Below are positions 20,538-29,831 of a stretch of DNA of 64,000 nt, piece after piece. Both the position numbers and the translations under genes were made by a program. Location of the stretch: NCBI GenBank assembly GCA_963768425.1, contig CAVYHV010000009.1:32001-96000 (forward strand). The letters run 5' to 3'. The stretch comes from Candidatus Bathyarchaeota archaeon. Its GTDB lineage: Archaea > Thermoproteota > Bathyarchaeia > Bathyarchaeales > Bathycorpusculaceae. Position 1 is the first letter of the stretch, and each line of letters opens with the position of its first letter. Under the pieces are notes generated by a model. The model was not told where the DNA came from, did no database searches, and saw only the letters and a list, made by a program, of their open reading frames with translations.

Positions 20538-22610
20538 TTAGTTTAGGTCGATTTCTGCTATTTGCGTCAGGTCTGTTAGGCTGTACAGTTTGACTTCGCT
20601 GTTTGATACTGTGTAGAGTGTGTTGCCGATGTAGAGTGAGCGTGTTATGACGTCGTTTTGGATGTCATAGTAACTTGCGCTTTCGTTATAGAATCCTTGT
20701 TTGTCCAGGTACGTTGAGTTCAGGTTCGTCACGGTGCCTTTAAGAGTGAATCCGCCTGTTGGGTTAACATTGAAGACGTATGCTCCCTGCCAGATCTCCT
20801 CGTTCATGATGAATATTGGCGGACTAACGATTGACGTAGACCCTGTGGAAGATCCTGAAGCTCCGGTGGCTGGCACTGGAACCGTGGAACTGCCAGGTAC
20901 GGTTGATGTTTGTTCATAGTTTGTTATTGAAACAGGGATGACAAGCAGCTGCTTTTCTAGGCTGAAGAGGAATGCGTGGGGGTCATTTTGCGCTGTTGAA
21001 GACGTGTAGTTGCCGGGGACGACGTAGTTAGCTACTTCTGTTGGATTGTTTATGTTTGAGACGTCGAAGAGGGAGAGCTTGAGGTTGATGTTTTCGCTCC
21101 CGTTTTCGATGGTGGTTTGTGATCCTACTCCGATTACGTGGGTTGCGTCATACGGGTAAAGATAGCTTGAGTAGCCTGGAATTTTCAGTTCGCCTGCAAC
21201 TGTGGGTGCCTGCGGGTTGCTGAGGTCAATTACGAAGAACGGGTCAGTTTGATGGAACGTTACGAGGTAACATGTGTCGTCTATGAAGCGGGCAGCATAG
21301 ATGTTTTCTCCTGGCGCCATGTTTTCCAGTTTGCCGACGACAGTCATATTCATGTTCAGCACGTAAAGGTTGTTTTGCTCATTTTGTGATAGGAATGAAC
21401 CGGATGAGGTTGTGGTTGCTACTCTAAAGTAGCCGTTGTACTCGTCCATGGAGTATTGATTGATGATGTAGCCTGGCACTGAACCTTGGGCTTGGAAGTT
21501 TAGATTTTGACCGTTGATTCCTACGCGGTAAATTGTTGTTGCGTCTTGGCTGTTTTGGTTAGGGCAGGTTATGTACATGTTGTCTTGGGAAACGTACATG
21601 TTGCTTGTGCCGCCCATCATGATCGTCATGTTTGATGGCGCCTGGGAAGCGTCTGCAATGTTTAGGCCGACAAACGTGGTATATGTGAAGTAGGTGTCGT
21701 TTAGGTCCGTATAGTAAATGCTAGTAGGCATAATGGTTGAGGATGAAGCGTTATTGTAGACGGTTGGCAAGACAACTGTCCCGTTGTACAAGTTTGCGGG
21801 TTGGCTGATAACCACGTAAACTTCGTTGCCTATCATTCTAGAGTCAAAGTAGCTCCCACTCATCGTGTAATTATACTCGAGAATCGGCGATGCCTTGTTC
21901 GTTACGTCGTAGATGTAAACGAAGCTCGAAACCCCGTAATTAGCGTAACCAGGGTAAAACGGCGTTTGACCGCCCGCAATCATAACCATCGGATAAGCAA
22001 TCAAGTTGCCGTAGTTGCTGCCCACGACGGCCAAGGTGTTGCCATTTTGACTTAGGTACATGCCAGCCAGACTCGTGTTGTTTCCCAAATTAATCTTCGA
22101 AACCACCGCTGGATCCTGCGCATTTGCGTTCACAATGTAAACATTATTTTGGGATTGTGCAGTCCAGTCCTGATTTACAACATAGATGTACTGGCCATCA
22201 GTTTTAACCGTGTCAGCTTCATCAACACCTGCAACTTGAACGTTCGTGGTCGAGTAGCTGGAAGGCTGGTTAGCGCCGTTTGAAGCTCCCGTGACTGACG
22301 CATAGGATGGGGCGACTAAACCTGTTCCCGTGGGACTTGGAACTCCCGCTGTACCATAGTATTGGGCATCTAAGGGTCCGCCTGTGAAGGTGTTGGAAAC
22401 TTTTGCGTTAGCCGTTAGGAAATTCTTCATTTCAGCGATGGATGTGAAGACTTTCAGGGGCGAAACGTTTGAGTTTGAAACGAGAACTGTTGTTTGGTTG
22501 CCAATAGTGTAAATTGCCGACACAAGCACGACGGCTGAAAGAATTGCGATTAATGCGTAGATTCTTGTTTTCTTCTTTATTTCTTTTTGAACCATACTCT
22601 TTATCTCCAA
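20538..22610 (-). CDS. Secreted beta-propeller domain protein (Beta_propel family)
   Basis: YSTTNVQVAGVDEADTVKTDG, NQYSMDEY..FRVATT, ELKIPGYSSYL; N-terminal TM helix. Confidence 0.88.
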   Translation of the reverse strand: MEIKSMVQKEIKKKTRIYALIAILSAVVLVSAIYTIGNQTTVLVSNSNVSPLKVFTSIAEMKNFLTANAKVSNTFTGGPLDAQYYGTAGVPSPTGTGLVAPSYASVTGASNGANQPSSYSTTNVQVAGVDEADTVKTDGQYIYVVNQDWTAQSQNNVYIVNANAQDPAVVSKINLGNNTSLAGMYLSQNGNTLAVVGSNYGNLIAYPMVMIAGGQTPFYPGYANYGVSSFVYIYDVTNKASPILEYNYTMSGSYFDSRMIGNEVYVVISQPANLYNGTVVLPTVYNNASSSTIMPTSIYYTDLNDTYFTYTTFVGLNIADASQAPSNMTIMMGGTSNMYVSQDNMYITCPNQNSQDATTIYRVGINGQNLNFQAQGSVPGYIINQYSMDEYNGYFRVATTTSSGSFLSQNEQNNLYVLNMNMTVVGKLENMAPGENIYAARFIDDTCYLVTFHQTDPFFVIDLSNPQAPTVAGELKIPGYSSYLYPYDATHVIGVGSQTTIENGSENINLKLSLFDVSNINNPTEVANYVVPGNYTSSTAQNDPHAFLFSLEKQLLVIPVSITNYEQTSTVPGSSTVPVPATGASGSSTGSTSIVSPPIFIMNEEIWQGAYVFNVNPTGGFTLKGTVTNLNSTYLDKQGFYNESASYYDIQNDVITRSLYIGNTLYTVSNSEVKLYSLTDLTQIAEIDLN

Positions 22611-22668
22611 TTAGGCTAAATGGCGGCTTGTTATTTGATGCTAAGCACGCGAACACCTGTTCTAAATG

Positions 22669-23115
22669 TTAGAATGGTCGCATGTTCCATATTCGATAAG
22701 CCTCATACCAGAAAACGGCGCATACTATTGCTCCAAAGGAGAGAATGAATAAGTTGCTGCGGGTAAAACCGTCGAACAGGACCGCCACGTAAAGAGCAAG
22801 GAACACAGTTGAGAACAACGCGTAGAAGAAGTATCTTGGGAAAAGCAGCCTACCTAACTTTACGAAGTGGCGAACTACGCCTATCTTTACTTCGCCAACC
22901 AGCAAGTAGCGACCACTAACCTCATCTTTCTGAACCAAACCCAGCTCACGTAGCTGTTCCAAATGATGGAAAGCGATACTGGGACTGCTAAAATGAAGGG
23001 CACGCTGGACCTCACGGACCCCTGACGGACCGCTGTTTTTGAGCAGAAACCAATAAACCTGCCAGGCTTTGCCTCGCAAAGAGTACTCAAGCTCAGTTCC
23101 GTCACTACTACTCAA
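22669..23115 (-). CDS. Membrane-anchored HTH transcription regulator
   Basis: GVREVQRALHFSSPSIAFHHLEQL HTH followed by two C-terminal TM helices. Confidence 0.75.
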   Translation of the reverse strand: MSSSDGTELEYSLRGKAWQVYWFLLKNSGPSGVREVQRALHFSSPSIAFHHLEQLRELGLVQKDEVSGRYLLVGEVKIGVVRHFVKLGRLLFPRYFFYALFSTVFLALYVAVLFDGFTRSNLFILSFGAIVCAVFWYEAYRIWNMRPF

Positions 23116-23297
23116 TCAGCTAAACCCTCAACGGAACATACTACAGGCAGGTGCATATAAGTCCAAGCATTAGAACAGATCTGCAATTGTATTTTTTGCA
23201 GAGGAGTAAGCGAATCAAAGTTTAGAACAGCAATTAAATAGGATTTCGGCAAATACAAATAATATCTTTGAGACTCGTTAAATCTTTGAATCAGACG

Positions 23298-23675
23298 TTA
23301 AGGTATTTTTTTGATTTGTGTTTTTACTTTTACAGACCCATTTTCTTTAGCCATGCACTCTATTATTTTTGAGCACATGATACATTCTTCGGGCATTTGC
23401 TCTTTATGTTCTTTTTCGCTCATGTAACCAAAATAATGTTTGCAATCGGATAATTTCTCTAGGTTTTGACTGGTTTTGTCTTCAAGTACGTCAATTTCGG
23501 CAACATTTTTTGTTTGCGGATTTTTGCTTTCATTTTCCGTAATTTCTGTCAAGCAGTATGGGCATGCGTTATAGGACTTTTTTGAGCTTTGCTGGAGGTT
23601 TAATGTTGTTAGTGGTTTAGCGATAACCTTATTGCATTCATTATTGGGGCAAGTTAGCTTTACATTTGTTTCCAT
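23298..23675 (-). CDS. Cys-rich zinc-binding hypothetical protein
   Basis: CPNNEC...CPYC...CKHYFGY...CIMC..C. Confidence 0.65.
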   Translation of the reverse strand: METNVKLTCPNNECNKVIAKPLTTLNLQQSSKKSYNACPYCLTEITENESKNPQTKNVAEIDVLEDKTSQNLEKLSDCKHYFGYMSEKEHKEQMPEECIMCSKIIECMAKENGSVKVKTQIKKIP

Positions 23676-23995
23676 TTTTCTTCACCTTGGTTGAATCTGT
23701 CCTGAAGGAAATCACATACATATTAGTACTATGTATAGTGCATATTAATATATAATATTTACTATAGTTTTCAAAGCTATTAAACTCTTTACATCTTCAG
23801 TAAAAGTGTATTGTTCTCATTTTTTAGCATAAAACATTCAAATTAATGTGATTCTAGACTCGAGCATGCCTCAAATAGGTCCAAAAGCCCCGTCTTCGAA
23901 TTCAAAAAACATCAAAGATAATCTGCAGAAGTATATACTCATGATATAAGCGCTTAAACTCTTCTTCAGTCAGTTTACGTACAAGGCGTCTGTGC

Positions 23996-24304
23996 ATGTC
24001 ATCTAATTTAGAAAATAATGAAGCAATTAAAGAAAACATTACTGAACAAACCCAAATCAAATTCATAAGGTGCCCTGATTGTGGTGAAAAAATCCTTATG
24101 TCTCCAACTTTAGGAGAAATGATTGAAGCCATTGACCATCATGTGAGCATGCATAGAAAGGAATCAAGTGCTGACGTACCAGCGGCTCACTTAAAAACGC
24201 CAAGTATATGTATGGATTTAACTAAGCAAGTCTTACAACGCGCTTCCGACATGATAGATGCCGACGTGGTGGATGCCCGTCAAAAGCCTTCGCTTTGGAT
24301 TTAA
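23996..24304 (+). CDS. Zinc-finger hypothetical protein
   Basis: CPDCGEKI...HH..MH. Confidence 0.6.
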   Translation: MSSNLENNEAIKENITEQTQIKFIRCPDCGEKILMSPTLGEMIEAIDHHVSMHRKESSADVPAAHLKTPSICMDLTKQVLQRASDMIDADVVDARQKPSLWI

Positions 24305-24340
24305 AGCTAACCCATGTGTTGAATGCTCATTTCTAGCTGA

Positions 24341-26632
24341 TTAGTATCCTGCTATGCTCTTTTGTTTTTGTTGCTGAACGGCGTTGTAGATTGATTGCGT
24401 CGTGAAGCCTTCGAAACTTAGCAGGTTCGCTGCAGCAGAGTAAAGCAGAAGCAGGTATTTTTGGGTGTCAGGTTCTATGCCCTTTTCAATCAGTTGCGCT
24501 GCCTTAACTCTCCTGTCATGACGCTTGGCCTTAGAATGCGTGAATACGAACCTTATACTATTTCCAGCATGTACTTCCGCGCCCTCCTTGATTAGCTGTT
24601 CTGCAGCTATGACCTGGCTAACGTGTTGGTGGTATCGCTCCGGGTTTATTGACATGCGTTTAGTTATAATCAGATCACCAATCGGCATATCTCCATCTAA
24701 CAGTTTTTGTCGATAACGATTCACAACATCTAAAGCAGATGAAATTCTCTGGCGAAGTTCAGCCGTATTGTTCGCTGCGGCAAGCGTGTTAATCATTTCT
24801 GTTTGGGCGTCAAAAACAAATCTTGGGGTATCCCTTCGCCGGATTTCTAAGCCGCGTATTTTGATTTTGCCGTTTTCCATTACCCCGTAATAGCGGTTCA
24901 ATACGCCTATACGCGGATGAGTTTTAGAAGGCAGGAAAACGATCCATTTGTAGCGTCCTTCAAAGTTAATTGGTACACCGGACTGCGCAGTTATTATTTT
25001 GCAGAGGTCTTCGTAGTCTTCCAAGCTGGCGCTAGGTTTTTTGAGCCAAAGTGAATCCACAATGCCATGGATAACTTCAAACCCATGCTCCTCTGCGGTA
25101 TGAGATGCATTAAGCAGGGCTTCTCTGCCAAACGCGCAAACTCCAATGTGCCCGTCTACTGTGCCGAATTTTGCGTTTTTGTAACCTAAGTACCCAAAGC
25201 ATGTGACTAAAATCCATTTGAGTGCACTCTGTCGGTTATCGTAGACTTCTCTTAGATGTGGGTCAGGATATTCGTCTTTCATTTTCTTGTAATAGAGTCG
25301 TTTGTCTACGACGAATCTTAGTGTTTTGGGAACTATGCCCGTGCGTTTTATGCATATGTGATAGTTTAGTTCTGGGATGCGTTTGGTCGAATCTGAGCAG
25401 CATTTGCAGAGAACGGTTTCGGCTGATATGTTGTTTTTTGCCATTATAAATGGGTACATGCTGCTAAAGTCTACTTCGCCAACATAGTCGTGTGCACCTA
25501 CTTTGGGTTCATAAACAAATCCTCCCCGATCGCCTACCAGAAGATCATAAGCGGATTTGAAGGCTTCAGGTATACTTTTGTTTCGTGGAATCAACACATC
25601 ATCCTTTATGGCCTGATAGAATTGGAGAGAGGACATGCTCGAGCCTATGGAGTTGCGTGCAGCAGTGTGAAGTGGTACTCGACAAGTTCTTGCAATCTCT
25701 ATTAATCCATCGAACCCTGCCTCGGATAAAACGAACGTGTTGTTTTCATCGATATGGATTCTTCCGTAAAGCCGAATGGGTCCAGCTCGATAGAAGGTGC
25801 GCCCGTAAGAGAAGAATGTTTTACCTGAAGGAGTTTTCGTGGAAAATGGCGTTCCGTCTCTGCTTAGAGTGAAGTTGTCAATGACGTTGTTTAGGGTTGC
25901 TCGCTCTGTGAGGTAAGGAAAAACGTATGAATCGCCCCCTGTAGTCACTAAGAAGTCTGGGTCAAGCTCTATGACTGTCTTAGCGAGTTGGTGAAGTTTT
26001 TCTGCTTCGTCGCCTGCGTCGATTCGTATTTTTTCTTGGCCTTGATTCATCAAAATTGTGCCTATGGGGTCGTTGAATGCTGCGATTTTACTTTTCTTAG
26101 CAATTTCTATTTCCAATTTCATAACTCGTAACGGTGGAATGGCATAATCCATGCTGGCTACTGAATCAAGCAAAGTGTACTGAAGACCCGTTTTTTCAAC
26201 TTTAACTTCTACAAATGCAAGGGGGAAGATGTCGTGGCTAAAAAAGTACGCTCGATCTCCTTTCAGGTCGCAGTTAGAAACCTGATATCGCATGTAGTCG
26301 CCCAACCTTAGAATGGTATTGGCCAGGCTCTGTGTTCGTCTGCAGTCTTTGAGTTCAAGTTCTAGAACTTTGCTTTTTTCTGAATCTGTGGGCTGGGCAT
26401 ACTTGTACGTAAAGCTCCACTTGGCCACATCGGAGTTATTGTAGAGATGACCTATTACCGGTTCAATACTGTCTAGTTTGGATGAAACGTAAATTTTAGG
26501 GTGAAACTTATCGATTAAACGGATTCTTTGGCCTACTTCGCTAATTATCCAGACAGTGATTTCCCCTTCGTTTGATGGATAAGCATCAAATATCCAACCT
26601 TTGACTTTACATGGACTGTTAATTGTAAGCAT
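24341..26632 (-). CDS. polB2: Family B DNA polymerase, PolB2 (Dpo2-like) group
   Basis: Motif A DFSSMYP, variant motif B KWILVTCFGY, variant motif C HGIVDSLW, RGLEIRRRD; exonuclease motifs degenerate. Confidence 0.85.
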   Translation of the reverse strand: MLTINSPCKVKGWIFDAYPSNEGEITVWIISEVGQRIRLIDKFHPKIYVSSKLDSIEPVIGHLYNNSDVAKWSFTYKYAQPTDSEKSKVLELELKDCRRTQSLANTILRLGDYMRYQVSNCDLKGDRAYFFSHDIFPLAFVEVKVEKTGLQYTLLDSVASMDYAIPPLRVMKLEIEIAKKSKIAAFNDPIGTILMNQGQEKIRIDAGDEAEKLHQLAKTVIELDPDFLVTTGGDSYVFPYLTERATLNNVIDNFTLSRDGTPFSTKTPSGKTFFSYGRTFYRAGPIRLYGRIHIDENNTFVLSEAGFDGLIEIARTCRVPLHTAARNSIGSSMSSLQFYQAIKDDVLIPRNKSIPEAFKSAYDLLVGDRGGFVYEPKVGAHDYVGEVDFSSMYPFIMAKNNISAETVLCKCCSDSTKRIPELNYHICIKRTGIVPKTLRFVVDKRLYYKKMKDEYPDPHLREVYDNRQSALKWILVTCFGYLGYKNAKFGTVDGHIGVCAFGREALLNASHTAEEHGFEVIHGIVDSLWLKKPSASLEDYEDLCKIITAQSGVPINFEGRYKWIVFLPSKTHPRIGVLNRYYGVMENGKIKIRGLEIRRRDTPRFVFDAQTEMINTLAAANNTAELRQRISSALDVVNRYRQKLLDGDMPIGDLIITKRMSINPERYHQHVSQVIAAEQLIKEGAEVHAGNSIRFVFTHSKAKRHDRRVKAAQLIEKGIEPDTQKYLLLLYSAAANLLSFEGFTTQSIYNAVQQQKQKSIAGY

Positions 26633-26732
26633 TCAAATCCTCCGAGCGTCTGAAGGCGCGCTTTAATTTTTTCTTTGATAGTAACCAAAGGACTTGCGCT
26701 TATTCTCAAAATCCTTTAAAAAATATTTGCCG

Positions 26733-26777
26733 AAACGACTACTTACCGCAGTGGAGAGTTAAGTGAAAATGGAAAGT
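26733..26777 (-). promoter_or_regulatory. Upstream motif shared with 42302-42340; contains ANTTTC boxes
   Basis: Ungapped 27/39 match to the motif upstream of the PolB2 partner gene. Confidence 0.55.
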
Positions 26778-27264
26778 TGCTTTTTCATAAGTTTTGTCAT
26801 TAGCGGATTTGGTCTCAGACTTGGAAAAAAGAAAACAGTATAGTAAGAGCTAAGAGCGCCAATAGCTAAAAAGTAATAGGAGATAGATGTCCGAAAACAA
26901 AGTGATTGGCTTTACAGAGTTTTTTGGTAAAGTAAACGCTATAGTTGTTAAAGACGGAAAAGTTGAACTTCAAGAAACCGAGATAGAAAGATGCGATTGT
27001 TGCTGGAAAGACTAGAAAAATTAACATTTCTAACTCTGGGATTAATTTAGTTTTCAATTCCGTTGAACAAGTCCTCTCATGTTAGAACTTTGGGTCTTTA
27101 CCGTAGAACAATGCGGTTTCTGTTCAATCGTCTGATTATATCAGGTTGATGGCGGCTGCTTTTTCATTTATCATTAGTACAGCTGGAATTTGCTTGATTG
27201 TTCTTTTTTCAAATATCCTCAAGAAAAACAAAAATGACCACCTCCGGCTCAAACTGGAAAAAAC

Positions 27265-27411
27265 GATTCCGCCTTGGCAGGTCACGTTAACATGATGCGA
27301 ATAGGGGATAGATGTCATGGCAAGTATGGGGAATACTCGCATCTCGTCAGCGTTGACCCGCCAAGGCAAACTTGACCAGTGGTGAAGGTAGCTGCCTTAT
27401 CGGCAAACCTT
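27265..27411 (-). ncRNA. Candidate structured non-coding RNA (long hairpin with a 30-nt loop plus a 5' hairpin)
   Basis: Arms at 27271-27303 and 27334-27367 form an imperfect inverted repeat whose mismatches are mostly G.U on the minus strand; second hairpin at 27385-27411; T-run downstream. Confidence 0.5.
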
Positions 27412-27505
27412 AGAAACCCAAGCAGAAAATTAAGAGTTGCTCACATAAAATATTTAGAAAACATATAACAGGAAGGTAGCCTCAATTAGGTAGGGTTAAA
27501 AACCC

Positions 27506-28051
27506 ATGAGAAAAATCCTCAAAGTAATCTTAATAGTTATCGTTGTATTAGCGGTTGCCACATTGATTGGCATTGGTCTCTGCTTCTCCGACGTAGCCGC
27601 CTACACAGCAACTGGTTCCAAGACTTTGTTGCCACCCAGCGCTTCGGTGGGAAAAGCGATTGTTGTTTACGATCCCGGATTTTCCGGAGCAGCACATAGC
27701 ATTGCACAGAAAATAGCAAGTGATCTCCAAGCAAAAGGTTACACCGTGACTTTGGCGGGTATAAAAAGTTCTGCCGCAGCTCACACCTCAGGCTACAGTG
27801 TAATCGTCGTTGGAGGACCGATTTACGGCGGAAAACCAACAGGCTCAGTTGACGCCTTTCTCAGAAACCTAAACCCGACGCAAGCAATCAGACTTGGCGT
27901 TTTCGGAAGTGGCAGTTTCAACGTTCCAACCGATAAAGTTGCAGTGCTGCCTAAGAACAGCAATTTAACGATTACTTACTCCACGAAAATATTGTCCAGT
28001 GACATTCAATCCGTCCGCTGTCAAGACTTCGTAAACCAACTACTAAAATAA
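27506..28051 (+). CDS. Membrane-anchored flavodoxin-like protein
   Basis: IVVYDPGFSGAAHSIAQKIA, VVGGPIYGG, GVFGSG; N-terminal TM helix. Confidence 0.75.
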   Translation: MRKILKVILIVIVVLAVATLIGIGLCFSDVAAYTATGSKTLLPPSASVGKAIVVYDPGFSGAAHSIAQKIASDLQAKGYTVTLAGIKSSAAAHTSGYSVIVVGGPIYGGKPTGSVDAFLRNLNPTQAIRLGVFGSGSFNVPTDKVAVLPKNSNLTITYSTKILSSDIQSVRCQDFVNQLLK

Positions 28052-28084
28052 GATGGCTAAAGATTTTTTGTTTTAGTATATAAG

Positions 28085-28310
28085 ATTTCCACGTTAAGAT
28101 TGTGGTATCGTTTCTTGTTAACGGTGATTCTTCCTTCTTGTATAGGCGTCTTTTAGACACCGTTGAAGGCAGGCAAAACAGGTCATACAGTTCTCGCCCT
28201 GGGAAGGCTTGCTACTATTCAGTCTGATGTTGTCCATTGGACAAACTTGCACACATAACCGCATCCCGAGCAGTTGCTATCTGACGCAAAAGCGCATGAT
28301 TTCCATCCAC
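28085..28310 (-). pseudogene. Degraded EFR1-type 2x[4Fe-4S] ferredoxin C-terminus
   Basis: Across frames: DSNCSGCG/LCVQVCPMDNIRL..KP..ENCMTCFACLQRC.KDA/IQEG..TVNKKRYHN. Confidence 0.6.
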
Positions 28311-28523
28311 GGAGGGCAACTTCTTTTGTCAGACCAAACGTTTCGGGGTAGTTCATTTTTCAGTAGTTGCTCTATTTTGTCTTCTTTGGCGTCAATCTAA
28401 AATGAAGTTTTTGACATGAGATCTTTTCATCTAAACTGTGGGGCGCTGATAAGGTAATCTCAAAGATTGTGACGTGCGAAAAGGATTAGTCTTAAGTTCC
28501 ACGTCGTGATCGTTGAGTTAACT

Positions 28524-29648
28524 TCAGTTTGTCGTTAGATGTTGTCCATTGAAGGTAATCGATTGAATTGTTGTTTCGTCAATCTGCACTACATTTTGAG
28601 GAAGAGTTACGTACTCCAAGTTAGGCGCAATCCCTTGACCATCATGTACAACCCACCATAGAAACTGGACAACAGCCGTTGCTTTTGCCTGTGTCATTCC
28701 CGGTACAACATTAAGTTCTTTGTACAGCAGCAAGTAAGTAAAGCTAACTATAGGGTATGCTTGTGGTTCTTTTGCGTTGAGAAGGTTTACGTTCGCCCAG
28801 CTTTGATCGCCTGCGGGCAGACCGGATGATGCAACTGATTGCACAGCATCTTGAATCGAGCTGAGGCTTGGCAAAATCCAATTACCCGCCTGATTCTGAA
28901 CAGCCGCAACTGTCATTTTGTTCTGCAATGCATAAGCAAGTTCAACATAACCAATCATGTACTGAGTACCCTGTACAACTGATGCAACCCCTGGGTTCCC
29001 TTGTGCTCCGATCCCTAAAGGCCAAGCTACCGTTTTCCCTTGTCCCACTGCACTGTTCCAGTCATTGCTTGATGTGCTCAAGTATCCTGTGAAGATGAAA
29101 GTTGTTCCGGAAGCGTCAGAACGGTGGACGATCTGTATAGGTTTGTCTGGGAGCGTTATGCTTGGGTTTATTGTCTGAATTGATGGGTCGTTCCAAACGG
29201 TCACTTTGCCTTGAAAAATGTCAGCGATGATTTTACCAGTGAGGTGTAACCCTGTTGGGATTCCGGGGAGATTGTAGGCAATTGTTACTGCGCCTATAGT
29301 TTCTGGTATGTGAAGAGCATTGGGCGCCTGTTCAGCGTCTGAGGTGCTTAATGGAGCATCTGATGCAGCAAAATCTACTGTTTTGCTTTCCAAATCAGCT
29401 ATCCCTTGTCCGCTGCCTACTCCATCATAATTGACTTGCACGCTAGGTCTTACTTGAGCTGTATATTTTGTGATCATGGCGCTAAGTAATGGTTGTGGAA
29501 ATGTGGCTCCAGCAGCGTTCAAAGTTACGGATTTCTGAGCACTCGGCTGCAATACTGAGACTGAGCCTAAGAAGCCGCTTGCAACAACACTCGCTATTAC
29601 AACAATGATTGCAATAATCGATATGGTGATTACATATTTGGTGTTCAT
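28524..29648 (-). CDS. pstS: Phosphate ABC transporter substrate-binding protein
   Basis: AGATFP, GSGQGI, DFAASD, HRSDASGTTFIFT, IGYVE, YPIVSFTY. Confidence 0.92.
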   Translation of the reverse strand: MNTKYVITISIIAIIVVIASVVASGFLGSVSVLQPSAQKSVTLNAAGATFPQPLLSAMITKYTAQVRPSVQVNYDGVGSGQGIADLESKTVDFAASDAPLSTSDAEQAPNALHIPETIGAVTIAYNLPGIPTGLHLTGKIIADIFQGKVTVWNDPSIQTINPSITLPDKPIQIVHRSDASGTTFIFTGYLSTSSNDWNSAVGQGKTVAWPLGIGAQGNPGVASVVQGTQYMIGYVELAYALQNKMTVAAVQNQAGNWILPSLSSIQDAVQSVASSGLPAGDQSWANVNLLNAKEPQAYPIVSFTYLLLYKELNVVPGMTQAKATAVVQFLWWVVHDGQGIAPNLEYVTLPQNVVQIDETTIQSITFNGQHLTTN

Positions 29649-29831
29649 TCTCTATCCCTATCGGTTAACGTAATACTGAATATTACATATAAATCTCTTT
29701 CCGACATAAACTATGGGGTTCAGAAATATTGAATCAAAATATTGTTCCAAGAAACGTAAGCAGTTAATACCCATTAGGAATAGCTAACTCTCGTCAATCA
29801 AAACCTTCACTCATTCCTTGGCGGTCCACTA

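Noticed and set aside
27330-27355. Hammerhead ribozyme (CUGACGAG on the minus strand)
   Set aside because: No properly placed GAAA core or three-way junction; the motif lies inside a long stem.
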